Assembly: GCA_964016885.1 (NCBI GenBank)
Contig: OZ024743.1
Location: forward strand, 263,562,001 to 263,626,000
From: Eledone cirrhosa
Taxonomy: Eukaryota
Length of the DNA: 64,000 nucleotides
Direction of reading: 5' to 3'
Shown here: in pieces, positions 1 through 18,000 of the stretch
How the letters are laid out: each line of letters opens with the position of its first letter
How positions within the stretch are numbered: the stretch's first letter is position 1
Program-made: the position numbers and the translations under genes
Notes under the pieces: model-generated
Databases searched by the model: none
The model's input: the letters and a program-made list of their open reading frames with translations, nothing else
What the model was told of the DNA's origin: nothing

Positions 1-3000
1 GGTAATGATGACAGCAACAATGATGTGGATTATGGTAATGATGACAGCAACAATGATGTGGATTATGGTAATGATGACAGCGACAATGATGTGGATTATG
101 GTAATGATGACAGCAACAATGATGTGGATTATGGTAATGATGACAGCAACAATGATGTGGATTATGGTAATGATGACAGCAACAATGATGTGGATTATGG
201 TAATGATGACAGCGACAATGATGAGGATTATGGTAATGATGACAGCAACAATGATGTGGATTATGGTAATGATGACAGCAACAATGATGTGGATTATGGT
301 AATGATGACAGCGACAATGATGAGGATTATGGTAATGATGACAGCAACAATGATGTGGATTATGGTAATGATGACAGCAACAATGATGTGGATTATGGTA
401 ATGATGACAGCGACAATGATGAGGATTATGGTAATGATGACAGCGACAATGATGAGGATTATGGTAATGATGACAGGAACATTGATGTGGATTATGGTAA
501 TGATGACAACGACAATGATGTGGATTATGGTAATGATGACAACGACAATGATGTGGATTATGGTAATGATGACAACGACAATGATGTGGATTATGGTAAT
601 GATGACAACGACAATGATGTGGATTATGGTAATGATGACAGCAACAATGATGTGGATTATGGTAATGATGACAGCGACAATGATGTGGATTATGGTAATG
701 ATGACAGCGACAATGATGTGGATTATGGTAATGATGACAGCGACAATGATGTGGATTATGGTAATGATGACAGCAACAATGATGTGGATTATGGTAATGA
801 TGACAGCAACAATGATGTGGATTATGGTAATGATGACAGCGACAATGATGTGGATTATGGTAATGATGACAGCAACAATGATGTGGATTATGGTAATGAT
901 GACAGCAACAATGATGTGGATTATGGTAATGATGACAGCGACAATGATGAGGATTATGGTAATGATGACAGGAACATTGATGTGGATTATGGTAATGATG
1001 ACAACGACAATGATGTGGATTATGGTAATGATGACAACGACAATGATGTGGATTATGGTAATGATGACAACGACAATGATGTGGATTATGGTAATGATGA
1101 CAACGACAATGATGTGGATTATGGTAATGATGACAGCAACAATGATGTGGATTATGGTAATGATGACAGCGACAATGATGTGGATTATGGTAATGATGAC
1201 AGCGACAATGATGTGGATTATGGTAATGATGACAGCGACAATGATGTGGATTATGGTAATGATGACAGCGACAATGATGAGTATTATGGTAATGATGACA
1301 GCGACAATGTTGTGGATTATGGTAATGATGAGAGCGACAATGATGTGGATTATGGTAATGATGACAGCGACAATGTTGTGGATTATGGTAATGATGAGAG
1401 CGATAATGATGTGGATTATGGTAATGATGACAGCAACAATGATGTGGATTATGGTAATGATGACAGCGACAATGATGTGGATTATGGTAATGATGACAGC
1501 GACAATGATGTGGATTATGGTAATGATGAGAGCGACAATGATGTGGATTATGGTAATGATGACAGCGACAATGATGAGTATTATGGTAATGATGACAGCG
1601 ACAATGTTGTGGATTATGGTAATGAAGAGAGCGACAATGATGTGGATTATGGTAATGATGACAACGACAATGATGAGGATTATGGTAATTATGACAGCGA
1701 CAATGATGTGGATTATGGTAATGATGACAACGACAATGATGAGGATTATGGTAATGATGACAGCAACATTGATGTGGATTATGGTAATGATGACAACGAC
1801 AATGATGTGGATTATGGTAATGATGACAACGACAATGATGTGGATTATGGTAATGATGACAGCGACAATGATGAGGATTATGGTAATGATGACAACGACA
1901 ATGATGAGGATTATGGTAATGATGACAGGAACATTGATGTGGATTATGGTAATGATGACAACGACAATGATGAGGATTATGGTAATGATGACAGCGACAA
2001 TGATGTAGATTATGGTAATGATGACAGCGACAATGATGTGGATTATGGTAATGATGACAACGACAATGACGAGGATTATGGTAATGATGACAGCAACATT
2101 GATGTGGATTATGGTAATGATGACAACGACAATGATGAGGATTATGGTAATGATGACAACGACAATGATGTGGATTATGGTAATGATGACAGCGACAATG
2201 ATGAGGATTATGGTAATGATAACAGCGACTATGATGTGGATTATGGTAATGATGACAGCAACAATGATGTGGATTATGGTAATGATGACAACGACAATGA
2301 TGAGGTTTATGGTAATGATGACAGCAACAATGATGTGGATTATGGTAATGATGACAACGACAATGATGTGGATTATGGTAATGATGACAGCGACAATGAT
2401 GAGTATTATGGTAATGATGAGAGCGACAATGATGTGGATTATGGTAATGATGACAACGACAATGATGTGGATTATGGTAATGATGACAGCAACAATGATG
2501 TGGATTATGGTAATGAGGACAACGACAATGATGTGGATTATGGTAATGATGACAGCGACAATGATGTGGATTATGGTAATGATGACAACGACAATGATGT
2601 GGATTATGGTAATGATGACAGCGACAATGATGAGTATTATGGTAATGATGAGAGCGACAATGATGAGGATTATGGTAATGATGAGAGCGACAATGATGTG
2701 GATTATGGTAATGATGACAGCAACAATGATGTGGATTATGGTAATGATGACAACGACAATGATGTGGATTATGGTAATGATGACAGCGACAATAATGAGT
2801 ATTATGGTAATGATGAGAGCGACAATGATGTGGATTATGGTAATGATGACAGCAACAATGATGTGGATTATGGTAATGATGACAACGACAATGATGTGGA
2901 TTATGGTAATGATGACAACGACAATGATGTGGATTATGGTAATGATGACAACGACAATGATGAGGATTATGGTAATGATGAGAGCGACAATGATGAGGAT

Positions 3001-6000
3001 TATGGTAATGATGAGAGCGACAATGATGTGGATTATGGTAATGATGACAGCAACAATGATGTGGATTATGGTAATGATGACAACGACAATGATGTGGATT
3101 ATGGTAATGATGACAGCGACAATAATGAGTATTATGGTAATGATGAGAGCGACAATGATGTGGATTATGGTAATGATGACAACGACAATGATGTGGATTA
3201 TGGTAATGATGACAGCAACAATGATGTGGATTATGGTAATGAGGACAACGACAATAATGTGGATTATGGGAATGATGACAGCGACAATGATGAGTATTAT
3301 GGTAATGATGACAACGACAATGATGTGGATTATGGTAATGATGACAGCGACAATGATGAGGATTATGGTAATGATGACAGCAACAATGATGTGGATTATG
3401 GTAATGATGACAGCAACAATGATGTGGATTATGGTAATGATGACAACGACAATGATGTGGATTATGGTAATGATGACAGCGACAATGATGAGTATTATGG
3501 TAATGATGAGAGCGACAATGATGTGGATTATGGTAATGATGACAACGACAATGATGTGGATTATGGTAATGATGACAAAGACAATGATGAGGATTATGGT
3601 AATGATGAGAGCGACAATGATGAGGATTATGGTAATGATGAGAGCGACAATGATGTGGATTATGGTAATGATGACAGCGACAATGATGAGGATTATGGTA
3701 ATGATGAGAGCGACAATGATGAGGATTATGGTAATGATGAGAGCGACAATGATGTGGATTATGGTAATGATGACAGCGACAATGATGTGGATTATGGTAA
3801 TGATGAGAGCGACAATGATGAGGATTATGGTAATGATGAGAGCGACAATGATGTGGATTATGGTAATGATGACAGCGACAATGATGAGGATTATGGTAAT
3901 GATGACAATGACAATGATGTGGATTATGATAATGATGACAACGACAATGATGTGGATTATGGTAATGATGACAGCAACAATGATGTGGATTATGGTAATG
4001 ATGACAGCAACAATGATGTGGATTATGGTAATGATGACAGCAACAATGATGTGGATTATGGTAATGATGACAGCGACAATGATGAGGATTATGGTAATGA
4101 TGACAGCAACAATGATGTGGATTATGGTAATGATGACAGCGACAATGATGTGGATTATGGTAATGATGACAGCAACAATGATGTGGATTATGGTAATGAT
4201 GACAGCAAAAATGATGTGGATTATGGTAATGATGACAGCAACAATGATGTGGATTATGGTAATGATGACAGCGACAATGATGAGGATTATGGTAATGATG
4301 ACAGCAACAATGATGTGGATTATGGTAATGATGACAGCAACAATGATGTGGATTATGTTAATGATGACAGCGACAATGATGTGGATTATGGTAATGATGA
4401 CAGCGACAATGATGAGGATTATGGTAATGATGACAGCGACAATGTTGTGGATTATGGTAATGATGACAGCGACAATGTTGTGGATTATGGTAATGATGAC
4501 AACGACAATGATGTGGATTATAGTAATGATGACAACGACAATGATGTGGATTATGGTAATGATGACAACGACAATGATGTGGATTATGGTAATGATGACA
4601 ACGACAATGATGTGGATTATGGTAATGATGACAACGACAATGATGTGGATTATGGTAATGATGACAACGACAATGATGTGGATTATGGTAATGATGACAG
4701 CAACAATGATGTGGATTATGGTAATGATGACAGCGACAATGATGTGGATTATGGTAATGATGACAGCGACAATGATGTGGATTATGGTAATGATGAGAGC
4801 GACAATGATGTGGATTATGGTAATGATGACAGCGACAATGATGAGTATTATGGTAATGATGACAGCGACAATGTTGTGGATTATGGTAATGATGAGAGCG
4901 ACAATGATGTGGATTATGGTAATGATGACAGCGACAATGTTGTGGATTATGGTAATGATGAGAGCGATAATGATGTGGATTATGGTAATGATGACAGCAA
5001 CAATGATGTGGATTATGGTAATGATGACAGCGACAATGATGTGGATTATGGTAATGATGACAGCGACAATGATGTGGATTATGGTAATGATGAGAGCGAC
5101 AATGATGTGGATTATGGTAATGATGACAGCGACAATGATGAGTATTATGGTAATGATGACAGCGACAATGTTGTGGATTATGGTAATGAAGAGAGCGACA
5201 ATGATGTGGATTATGGTAATGATGACAACGACAATGATGAGGATTATGGTAATTATGACAGCGACAATGATGTGGATTATGGTAATGATGACAACGACAA
5301 TGATGAGGATTATGGTAATGATGACAGCAACATTGATGTGGATTATGGTAATGATGACAACGACAATGATGAGGATTATGGTAATGATGACAGCGACAAT
5401 GATGTGGATTATGGTAATGATAACAGCGACAATGATGTGGATTATGGTAATGATGACAACGACAATGATGAGGATTATGGTAATGATGACAGCAACATTG
5501 ATGTGGATTATGGTAATGATGACAACGACAATGATGAGGATTATGGTAATGATGACAACGACAATGATGTGGATTATGGTAATGATGACAGCGACAATGA
5601 TGAGGATTATGGTAATGATAACAACGACAATGATGAGGATTATGGTAATGATGACAGCGACAATGATGAGGATTATGGTAATGATAACAGCGACAATGAT
5701 GTGGATTATGGTAATGATGACAGCAACAATGATGTGGATTATGGTAATGATGACAACGACAATGATGAGGTTTATGGTAATGATGACAGCAACAATGATG
5801 TGGATTATGGTAATGATGACAACGACAATGATGTGGATTATGGTAATGATGACAGCGACAATGATGAGTATTATGGTAATGATGAGAGCGACAATGATGT
5901 GGATTATGGTAATGATGACAACGACAATGATGTGGATTATGGTAATGATGACAGCAACAATGATGTGGATTATGGTAATGAGGACAACGACAATGATGTG

Positions 6001-9000
6001 GATTATGGTAATGATGACAGCGACAATGATGTGGATTATGGTAATGATGACAACGACAATGATGTGGATTATGGTAATGATGACAGCGACAATGATGAGT
6101 ATTATGGTAATGATGAGAGCGACAATGATGTGGATTATGGTAATGATGACAACGACAATGATGTGGATTATGGTAATGATGACAACGACAATGATGAGGA
6201 TTATGGTAATGATGAGAGCGACAATGATGAGGATTATGGTAATGATGAGAGCGACAATGATGTGGATTATGGTAATGATGACAGCGACAATGATGAGGAT
6301 TATGGTAATGATGAGAGCGACAATGATGAGGATTATGGTAATGATGAGAGCGACAATGATGTGGATTATGGTAATGATGACAGCGACAATGATGAGGATT
6401 ATGGTAATGATGACAACGACAATGATGTGGATTATGGTAACGATGACAACGACAATGATGTGGATTATGGTAATGATGACAGCAACAATGATGTGGATTA
6501 TGGTAATGATGACAGCAACAATGATGTGGATTATGGTAATGATGACAGCAACAATGATGTGGATTATGGTAATGATGACAGCGACAATGATGTGGATTAT
6601 GGTAATGATGACAGCAACAATGATGTGGATTATGGTAATGATGACAGCAACAATGATGTGGATTATGGTAATGATGACAGCAACAATGATGTGGATTATG
6701 GTAATGATGACAGCGACAATGATGAGGATTATGGTAATGATGACAGCAACAATGATGTGGATTATGGTAATGATGACAGCAACAATGATGTGGATTATGT
6801 TAATGATGACAGCGACAATGATGTGGATTATGGTAATGATGACAGCGACAATGATGAGGATTATGGTAATGATGACAGCGACAATGTTGTGGATTATGGT
6901 AATGATGACAGCGACAATGTTGTGGATTATGGTAATGATGACAACGACAATGATGTGGATTATAGTAATGATGACAACGACAATGATGTGGATTATGGTA
7001 ATGATGACAACGACAATGATGTGGATTATGGTAATGATGACAACGACAATGATGTGGATTATGGTAATGATGACAACGACAATGATGTGGATTATGGTAA
7101 TGATGACAACGACAATGATGTGGATTATGGTAATGATGACAGCAACAATGATGTGGATTATGGTAATGATGACAGCGACAATGTTGTGGATTATGGTAAT
7201 GATGACAGCGACAATGATGTGGATTATGGTAATGATGAGAGCGACAATGATGTGGATTATGGTAATGATGACAGCGACAATGATGAGTATTATGGTAATG
7301 ATGACAGCGACAATGTTGTGGATTATGGTAATGATGAGAGCGACAATGATGTGGATTATGGTAATGATGACAGCGACAATGATGTGGTTTATGGTAATGA
7401 TGACAGCGACAATGATGTGGATTATGGTAATGATGACAGCGACAATGATGTGGATTATGGTAATGATGAGAGCGACAATGATGTGGATTATGGTAATGAT
7501 GACAGCGACAATGATGAGTATTATGGTAATGATGACAGCGACAATGTTGTGGATTATGGTAATGAAGAGAGCGACAATGATGTGGATTATGGTAATGATG
7601 ACAACGACAATGATGAGGATTATGGTAATGATGACAACGACAATGATGTGGATTATGGTAATGATGACAACGACAATGATGAGGATTATGGTAATGATGA
7701 CAGCAACATTGATGTGGATTATGGTAATGATGACAACGACAATGATGTGGATTATGGTAATGATGACAACGACAATGATGTGGATTATGGTAATGATGAC
7801 AGCGACAATGATGAGGATTATGGTAATGATGACAACGACAATGATGAGGATTATGGTAATGATGACAGGAACATTGATGTGGATTATGGTAATGATGACA
7901 ACGACAATGATGAGGATTATGGTAATGATGACAGCGACAATGATGTGGATTATGGTAATGATGACAGCGACAATGATGTGGATTATGGTAATGATGACAA
8001 CGACAATGATGAGGATTATGGTAATGATGACAGCAACATTGATGTGGATTATGGTAATGATGACAACGACAATGATGAGGATTATGGTAATGATGACAGC
8101 AACATTGATATGGATTATGGTAATGATGACAACGACAATGATGAGGATTATGGTAATGATGACAACGACAATGATGTGGATTATGGTAATGATGACAGCG
8201 ACAATGATGAGGATTATGGTAATGATGACAACGACAATGATGTGGATTATGGTAATGATGACAACGACAATGATGTGGATTATGGTAATGATGACAACGA
8301 CAATGATGTGGATTATGGTAATGATGACAGCGACAATGATGAGGATTATGGTAATGATGACAGCAACATTGATGTGGATTATGGTAATGATGACAACGAC
8401 AATGATGTGGATTATGGTAATGATGACAACGACAATGATGAGGATTATGGTAATGATGACAGCGACAATGATGTGGATTATGGTAATGATGACAGCGACA
8501 ATGATGTGGATTATGGTAATGATGACAACGACAATGATGAGGATTATGGTAATGATGACAGCAACATTGATGTGGATTATGGTAATGATGACAACGACAA
8601 TGATGAGGATTATGGTAATGATGACAGCAACATTGATATGGATTATGGTAATGATGACAACGACAATGATGTGGATTATGGTAATGATAACAGCGACAAT
8701 GATGAGGATTATGGTAATGATAACAGCGACAATGATGTGGATTATGGTAATGATGACAACGACAATGATGTGGATTATGGTAATGATGACAGCGACAATG
8801 ATGAGGATTATGGTAATGATGACAACGACAATGATGTGGATTATGGTAATGATAACAGCGACAATGATGTGGATTATGGTAATGATGACAGCAACAATGA
8901 TGAGGATTATGGTAATGATGACAGCGACAATGATGAGGATTATGGTAATGATAACAGCGACAATGATGTGGATTATGGTAATGATGACAACGACAATGAT

Positions 9001-12000
9001 GTGGATTATGGTAATGATGACAACGACAATGATGTGGATATGGTAATGATAACAGCGACAATGATGTGGATTATGGTAATGATGACAACGACAATGATGA
9101 GGATTATGGTAATGATGACAGCGACAATGATGAGGATTATGGTAATGATGAGAGCGACAATGATGTGGATTATGGTAATGATGACAACGACAATGATGTG
9201 GATTATGGTAATGATGACAACGACAATGATGAGGATTATGGTAATGATGAGAGCGACAATGATGAGGATTATGGTAATGATGAGAGCGACAATGATGTGG
9301 ATTATGGTAATGATGACAGCGACAATGATGAGGATTATGGTAATGATGAGAGCGACAATGATGAGGATTATGGTAATGATGAGAGCGACAATGATGTGGA
9401 TTATGGTAATGATGACAGCGACAATGATGAGGATTATGGTAATGATGACAGCAACAATGATGTGGATTATGGTAATGATGACAGCAACAATGATGTGGAT
9501 TATGGTAATGATGACAGCAACAATGATGTGGATTATGGTAATGATGACAGCAACAATGAAGTGGATTATGGTAATGATGACAGCAACAATGATGTGGATT
9601 ATGGTAATGATGACAGCGACAATGATGAGGATTATGGTAATGATGACAGCAACAATGATGTGGATTATGGTAATGATGACAGCAACAATGATGTGGATTA
9701 TGGTAATGCTGACAGCGACAATGATGTGGATTATGGTAATGATGACAGCGACAATGATGAGGATTATGGTAATGATGACAGCGACAATGTTGTGGATTAT
9801 GGTAATGATGACAGCGACAATGTTGTGGATTATGGTAATGATGACAACGACAATGATGTGGATTATAGTAATGATGACAACGACAATGATGTGGATTATG
9901 GTAATGATGACAACGACAATGATGTGGATTATGGTAATGATGACAACGACAATGATGTGGATTATGGTAATGATGACAACGACAATGATGTGGATTATGG
10001 TAATGATGACAACGACAATGATGTGGATTATGGTAATGATGACAGCAACAATGATGTGGATTATGGTAATGATGACAGCGACAATGATGTGGATTATGGT
10101 ATTGATGACAGCGACAATGATGTGGATTATGGTAATGATGAGAGCGACAATGATGTGGATTATGGTAATGATGACAGCGACAATGATGAGTATTATGGTA
10201 ATGATGACAGAGACAATGTTGTGGATTATAGTAATGATGAGAGCGACAATGATGTGGATTATGGTAATGATGACAGCGACAATGTTGTGGATTATGGTAA
10301 TGATGAGAGCGATAATGATGTGGATTATGGTAATGATGACAGCAACAATGATGTGGATTATGGTAATGATGACAGCGACAATGATGTGGATTATGGTAAT
10401 GATGAGAGCGACAATGATGTGGATTATGGTAATGATGACAGCGACAATGATGAGTATTATGGTAATGATGACAGCGACAATGTTGTGGATTATGGTAATG
10501 ATGAGAGCGACAATGATGTGGATTATGGTAATGATGACAACGACAATGATGAGGATTATGGTAATGATGACAGCGACAATGATGTGGATTATGGTAATGA
10601 TGACAGCGACAATGATGTGGATTATGGTAATGATGACAACGACAATGATGAGTATTATGGTAATGATGACAGCAACATTGATGTGGATTATGGTAATGAT
10701 GACAACGACAATGATGAGGATTATGGTAATGATGACAACGACAATGATGTGGATTATGGTAATGATGACAGCGACAATGATGAGGATTATGGTAATGATG
10801 ACAACGACAATGATGAGGATTATGGTAATGATGACAGCAACATGATGTGGATTATGGTAATGATGACAACGACAATGATGAGGATTATGGTAATGATGAC
10901 AGCGACAATGATGTGGATTATGGTAATGATGACACCGACAATGATGAGGATTATGGTAATGATGACAACGACAATGATGTGGATTATGGTAATGATGACA
11001 ACGACAATGATGTGGATTATGGTAATTATGACAACGACAATGATGAGGATTATGGTAATGATGACAGCAACAATGATGTGGATTATGGTAATGATGACAG
11101 CGACAATGATGAGGATTATGGTAATGATGACAGCGACAATGATGTGGATTATGGTAATGATGACAGCAACAATGATGTGGATTATGGTAATGATGACAGC
11201 GACAATGATGAGGATTATGGTAATGATGACAGCGACAATGATGTGGATTATGGTAATGATGACAACGACAATGATGTGGATTATGGTAATGATGACAGCG
11301 ACAATGATGTGGATTATGGTAATGATGACAGCGACAATGATGAGGATTATGGTAATGATGACAGCGACAATGATGTGGATTATGGTAATGATGACAACGA
11401 CAATGATGTGGATTATGGTAATGATGACAGCAACAATGATGTGGATTATGGTAATGATGACAGCGACAATGATGAGGATTATGGTAATGATGACAGCGAC
11501 AATGATGTGGATTATGGTAATGATGACAGCGACAATGATGTGGATTATGGTAATGATGACAACGACAATTTATGTGGATTATGGTAATTATGACAGCGAC
11601 AATGATGAGGATTATGGTAATGATGACAACGACAATGATGTGGATTATGGTAATGATGACAACGACAATGATGTGGATTATGGTAATTATGACAACGACA
11701 ATGATGTGGATTATGGTAATGATGACAGCGACAATGATGTGGATTATGGTAATTATGACAACGACAATGATGAGGATTATGGTAATTATGACAACGACAA
11801 TGATGTGGATTATGGTAATGATGACAACGACAATGATGTGGATTATGGTAATGATGACAACGACAATGATGAGGATTATGGTAATGATGACAACGACAAT
11901 GATGAGGATTATGGTAATGATGACAACGACAATGATGTGGATTATGGTAATGATGACAGCAACAATGATGTGGATTATGGTAATGATGACAACGACAATG

Positions 12001-15000
12001 ATGTGGATTATGGTAATGATGACAGCAACAATGATGTGGATTATGGTAATGATGACAGCGACAATGATGAGGATTATGGTAATGATGACAGCGACAATGA
12101 TGTGGATTATGGTAATGATGACAGCGACAATGATGTGGATTATGGTAATGATGACAACGACAATGATGTGGATTATGGTAATGATGACAGCGACAATGAT
12201 GAGGATTATGGTAATGATGACAGCGACAATGATGTGGATTATGGTAATGATGACAACGACAATGATGTGGATTATGGTAATGATGACAGCAACAATGATG
12301 TTGATTATGGTAATGATGACAGCGACAATGATGAGGATTATGGTAATGATGACAGCGACAATGATGTGGATTATGGTAATGATGACAGCGACAATGATGT
12401 GGATTATGGTAATGATGACAACGACAATTTATGTGGATTATGGTAATTATGACAGCGACAATGATGAGGATTATGGTAATGATGACAACGACAATGATGT
12501 GGATTATGGTAATGATGACAACGACAATGATGTGGATTATGGTAATTATGACAACGACAATGATGTGGATTATGGTAATGATGACAGCGACAATGATGTG
12601 GATTATGGTAATTATGACAACGACAATGATGAGGATTATGGTAATTATGACAACGACAATGATGTGGATTATGGTAATGATGACAACGACAATGATGAGG
12701 ATTATGGTAATGATGACAGCAACAATGATGTGGATTATGGTAATGATGACAACGACAATGATGTGGATTATGGTAATGATGACAACGACAATGATGAGGA
12801 TTATGGTAATGATGACAACGACAATGATGAGGATTATGGTAATGATGACAGCGACAATGATGTGGATTATGGTAATTATGACAACGACAATGATGAGGAT
12901 TATGGTAATTATGACAACGACAATGATGTGGATTATGGTAATGATGACAACGACAATGATGTGGATTATGGTAATGATGACAACGACAATGATGAGGATT
13001 ATGGTAATGATGACAACGACAATGATGAGGATTATGGTAATGATGACAGCGACAATGATGTGGATTATGGTAATTATGACAACGACAATGATGTGGAATA
13101 TGGTAATTATGACAACGACAATGATGTGGATTATGGTAATTATGACAACGACAATGATGTGGATTATGGTAATGATGACAACGACAATGATGTGGATTAT
13201 GGTAATGATGACAGCAACAATGATGTGGATTATGGTAATGATGACAGCGACAATGATGAGGATTATGGTAATGATGACAACGACAATGATGAGGATTATG
13301 GTAATGATGACAGCAACAATGATGTGGATTATGGTAATGATGACAACGACAATGATGAGGATTATGGTAATGATGACAGCGACAATGATGTGGATTATGG
13401 TAATGATGACAGCAACAATGATGTGGATTATGGTAATGATGACAGCAACAATGATGTGGATTATGGTAATGATGACAACGACAATGATGAGGATTATGGT
13501 AATGATGACAGCAACAATGATGTTGATTATGGTAATGATGACAGCAACAATGATGTGGATTATGGTAATGATGACAGCAACAATGATGTGGATTATGGTA
13601 ATGATGACAACGACAATGATGAGGATTATGGCAATGATGACAGCAACAATGATGTGGATTATGGTAATGATGACAACGACAATGATGAGGATTATGGTAA
13701 TGATGACAACGACAATGATGAGGATTATGGTAATGATGACAACGACAATGATGAGGATTATGGTAATGATGACAGCGACAATGATGATGATTATGGTAAT
13801 GATGACAGCGACAATGATGTGGATTATGGTAATGATGACAACGACAATGATGAGGATTATGGTAATGATGACAGCAACAATGATGTGGATTATGGTAATG
13901 ATGACAACGACAATGATGAGGATTATGGCAATGATGACAGCAACAATGATGTGGATTATGGTAATGATGACAACGACAATGATGAGGATTATGGTAATGA
14001 TGACAGCAACAATGATGTGGATTATAGTAATGATGACAGCAACAATGATGTGGATTATGGTAATGATGACAGCAACAATGATGTGGATTATGGTAATGAT
14101 GACAACGACAATGATGAGGATTATGGTAATGATGACAGCAACAATGATGAGGATTATGGTAATGATGACAGCGACAATGATGTTGATTATGGTAATGATG
14201 ACAGCAACAATGATGTGGATTATGGTAATGATGACAACGACAATGATGAGGATTATGGTAATGATGACAGCAACAATGATGAGGATTATGGTAATGATGA
14301 CAGCGACAATGATGTTGATTATGGTAATGATGACAGCAACAATGATGTGGATTATGGTAATGATGACAACGACAATGATGAGGATTATGGTAATGATGAC
14401 AGCGACAATGATGAGGATTATGGTAATGATGACAACGACAATGATGAGGATTATGGTAATGATGACAGCAACAATGATGTGGATTATGGTAATGATGACA
14501 ACGACAATGATGAGGATTATGGTAATGATGACAGCAACAATGATGTGGATTATGGTAATGATGACAACGACAATGATGAGGATTATGGTAATGATGACAG
14601 CAACAATGATGTGGATTATGGTAATGATGACAACGACAATGATGAGGATTATGGTAATGATGACAACGACAATGATGAGGATTATGGTAATGATGACAGC
14701 AACAATGATGTGGATTATGGTAATGATGACAGCAACAATGATGTGGATTATGGTAATGATGACAGCAACAATGATGTGGATTATGGTAATGATGACAACG
14801 ACAATGATGAGGATTATGGTAATGATGACAGCAACAATGATGAGGATTATGGTAATGATGACAGCGACAATGATGTTGATTATGGTAATGATGACAGCAA
14901 CAATGATGTGGATTATGGTAATGATGACAACGACAATGATGAGGATTATGGTAATGATGACAGCGACAATGATGAGGATTATGGTAATGATGACAACGAC

Positions 15001-18000
15001 AATGATGAGGATTATGGTAATGATGACAGCAACAATGATGTGGATTATGTTAATGATGACAACGACAATGATGAGGATTATGGTAATGATGACAGCAACA
15101 ATGATGTGGATTATGGTAATGATGACAACGACAATGATGAGGATTATGGTAATGATGTCAGCAACAATGATGTGGATTATGGTAATGATGACAACGACAA
15201 TGATGAGGATTATGGTAATGATGACAGCAACAATGATGTGGATTATGGTAATGATGACAACGACAATGATGAGGATTATGGTAATGATGACAACGACAAT
15301 GATGAGGATTATGGTAATGATGACAGCAACATTGATGTGGATTATGGTAATGATGACAACGACAATGATGAGGATTATGGTAATGATGACAACGACAATG
15401 ATGTGGATTATGGTAATGATGACAACGACAATGATGAGGATTATGGTAATGATGACAACGACAATGATGAGGATTATGGTAATGATGACAACGACAATGA
15501 TGAGGATTATGGTAATGATGACAACGACAATGATGAGGATTATGGTAATGATGACAGCAACAATGATGTGGATTATGGTAATGATGACAGCAACAATGAT
15601 GTGGATTATGGTAATGATGACAGCAACAATGATGAGGATTATGGTAATGATGACAACGACAATGATGAGGATTATGGTAATGATGACAGCAACAATGATG
15701 TGGATTATGGTAATGATGACAGCGACAATGATGAGGATTATGTTAATGATGACAGCAACAATGATGTGGATTATGGTAATGATGACAACGACAATGATGA
15801 GGATTATGGTAATGATGACAGCAACAATGATGTGGATTATGGTAATGATGACAGCGACAATGATGAGGATTATGGTAATGATGACAACGACAATGATGTG
15901 GATTATGGTAATGATGACAACGACAATGATGTGGATTATGGTAATGATGACAGCGACAATGATGAGGATTATGGTAATGATGACAGCGACAATGATGAGG
16001 ATTATGGTAATGATGACAACGACAATGATGTGGATTATGGTAATGATGACAGCGACACTGATGAGGATTATGGTAATGATGACAACGACAATGATGAGGA
16101 TTATGGTAATGATGACAGCGACAATGATGAGGATTATGGTAATGATGACAACGACAATGATGAGGATTATGGTAATGATGACAGCGACAATGATGTGGAT
16201 TATGGTAATAATGACAACGACAATGATGAGGATTATGGTAATGATGACAACGACAATGATGTGGATTATGGTAATGATGACAACAAAAAATGATGAGGAT
16301 TATGGTAATGATGACAGCGACAATGATGAGGATTATGGTAATGATGACAGCAACAATGATGTGGATTATGGTAATGATGACAGCGACAATGATGTGGATT
16401 ATGGTAATAATGACAACGACAATGATGAGGATTATGGTAATGATGACAACGACAATGATGAGGATTATGGTAATGATGACAGCAACAATGATGTGGATTA
16501 TGGTAATGATGACAGCGACAATGATGAGGATTATGGTAATGATGACAGCGACAATGATGAGGATTATGGTAATGATGACAGCGACAATGATGAGGATTAT
16601 GGTAATGATGACAACGACAATGATGTGGATTATGGTAATGATGACAGCGACAATGATGAGGATTATGGTAATGATGACAACGACAATGATGAGGATTATG
16701 GTAATGATGACAGCGACAATGATGAGGATTATGGTAATGATGACAACGACAATGATGAGGATTATGGTAATGATGACAGCGACAATGATGTGGATTATGG
16801 TAATAATGACAACGACAATGATGAGGATTATGGTAATGATGACAACGACAATGATGTGGATTATGGTAATGATGACAACAAAAAATGATGAGGATTATGG
16901 TAATGATGACAGCGACAATGATGAGGATTATGGTAATGATGACAGCAACAATGATGTGGATTATGGTAATGATGACAGCGACAATGATGTGGATTATGGT
17001 AATAATGACAACGACAATGATGAGGATTATGGTAATGATGACAACGACAATGATGAGGATTATGGTAATGATGACAGCAACAATGATGTGGATTATGATA
17101 ATGATGACAGCGACAATGATGAGGATTATGGTAATGATGACAGCGACAATGATGTGGATTATGGTAATGATGACAACGACAATGATGAGGATTATGGTAA
17201 TGATGACAGCAACAATGATGAGGATTATGGTAATAATGACAACGACAATGATGAGGATTATGGTAATGATGACAACGACAATGATGTGGATTATGGTAAT
17301 GATGACAACAAAAAATGATGAGGATTATGGTAATGATGACAGCGACAATGATGAGCATTATGGTAATGATGACAACGACAATGATGAGGATTATGGTAAT
17401 GATGACAACGACAATGATGTGGATTATGGTAATGATGACAACAACAATGATGAGGATTATGGTAATGATGACAGCAACAATGATGTGGATTATGGTTATG
17501 ATGACAGCGACAATGATAAGGTTTATGGTAATGATGACAACGACAATGATGTGGATTATGGAAATGATGACAACGACAATGATGAGGATTATGGTAATGA
17601 TGACAGCGACAATGATGAGGATTATGGTAATGATGACAGCGACAATGATGAGGATTATGGTAATGATGACAGCAACAATGATGTGGATTATGGTAATGAT
17701 GACAACGACAATGATGTGGATTATGGTAATGATGACAGCGACAATGATGAGGATTATGGTAATGATGACAGCAACAATGATGTGGATTATGGTAATGATG
17801 ACAACGACAATGATGAGGATTATGGTAATGATGACAGCAACAATGATGTGGATTATGGTAATGATGACAACGACAATGATGAGGTTTATGGTAATGATGA
17901 CAACGACAATGATGTGGATTATGGAAATGATGACAACGACAATGATGAGGATTATGGTAATGATGACAACGACAATGATGAGGATTATGGTAATGATGAC

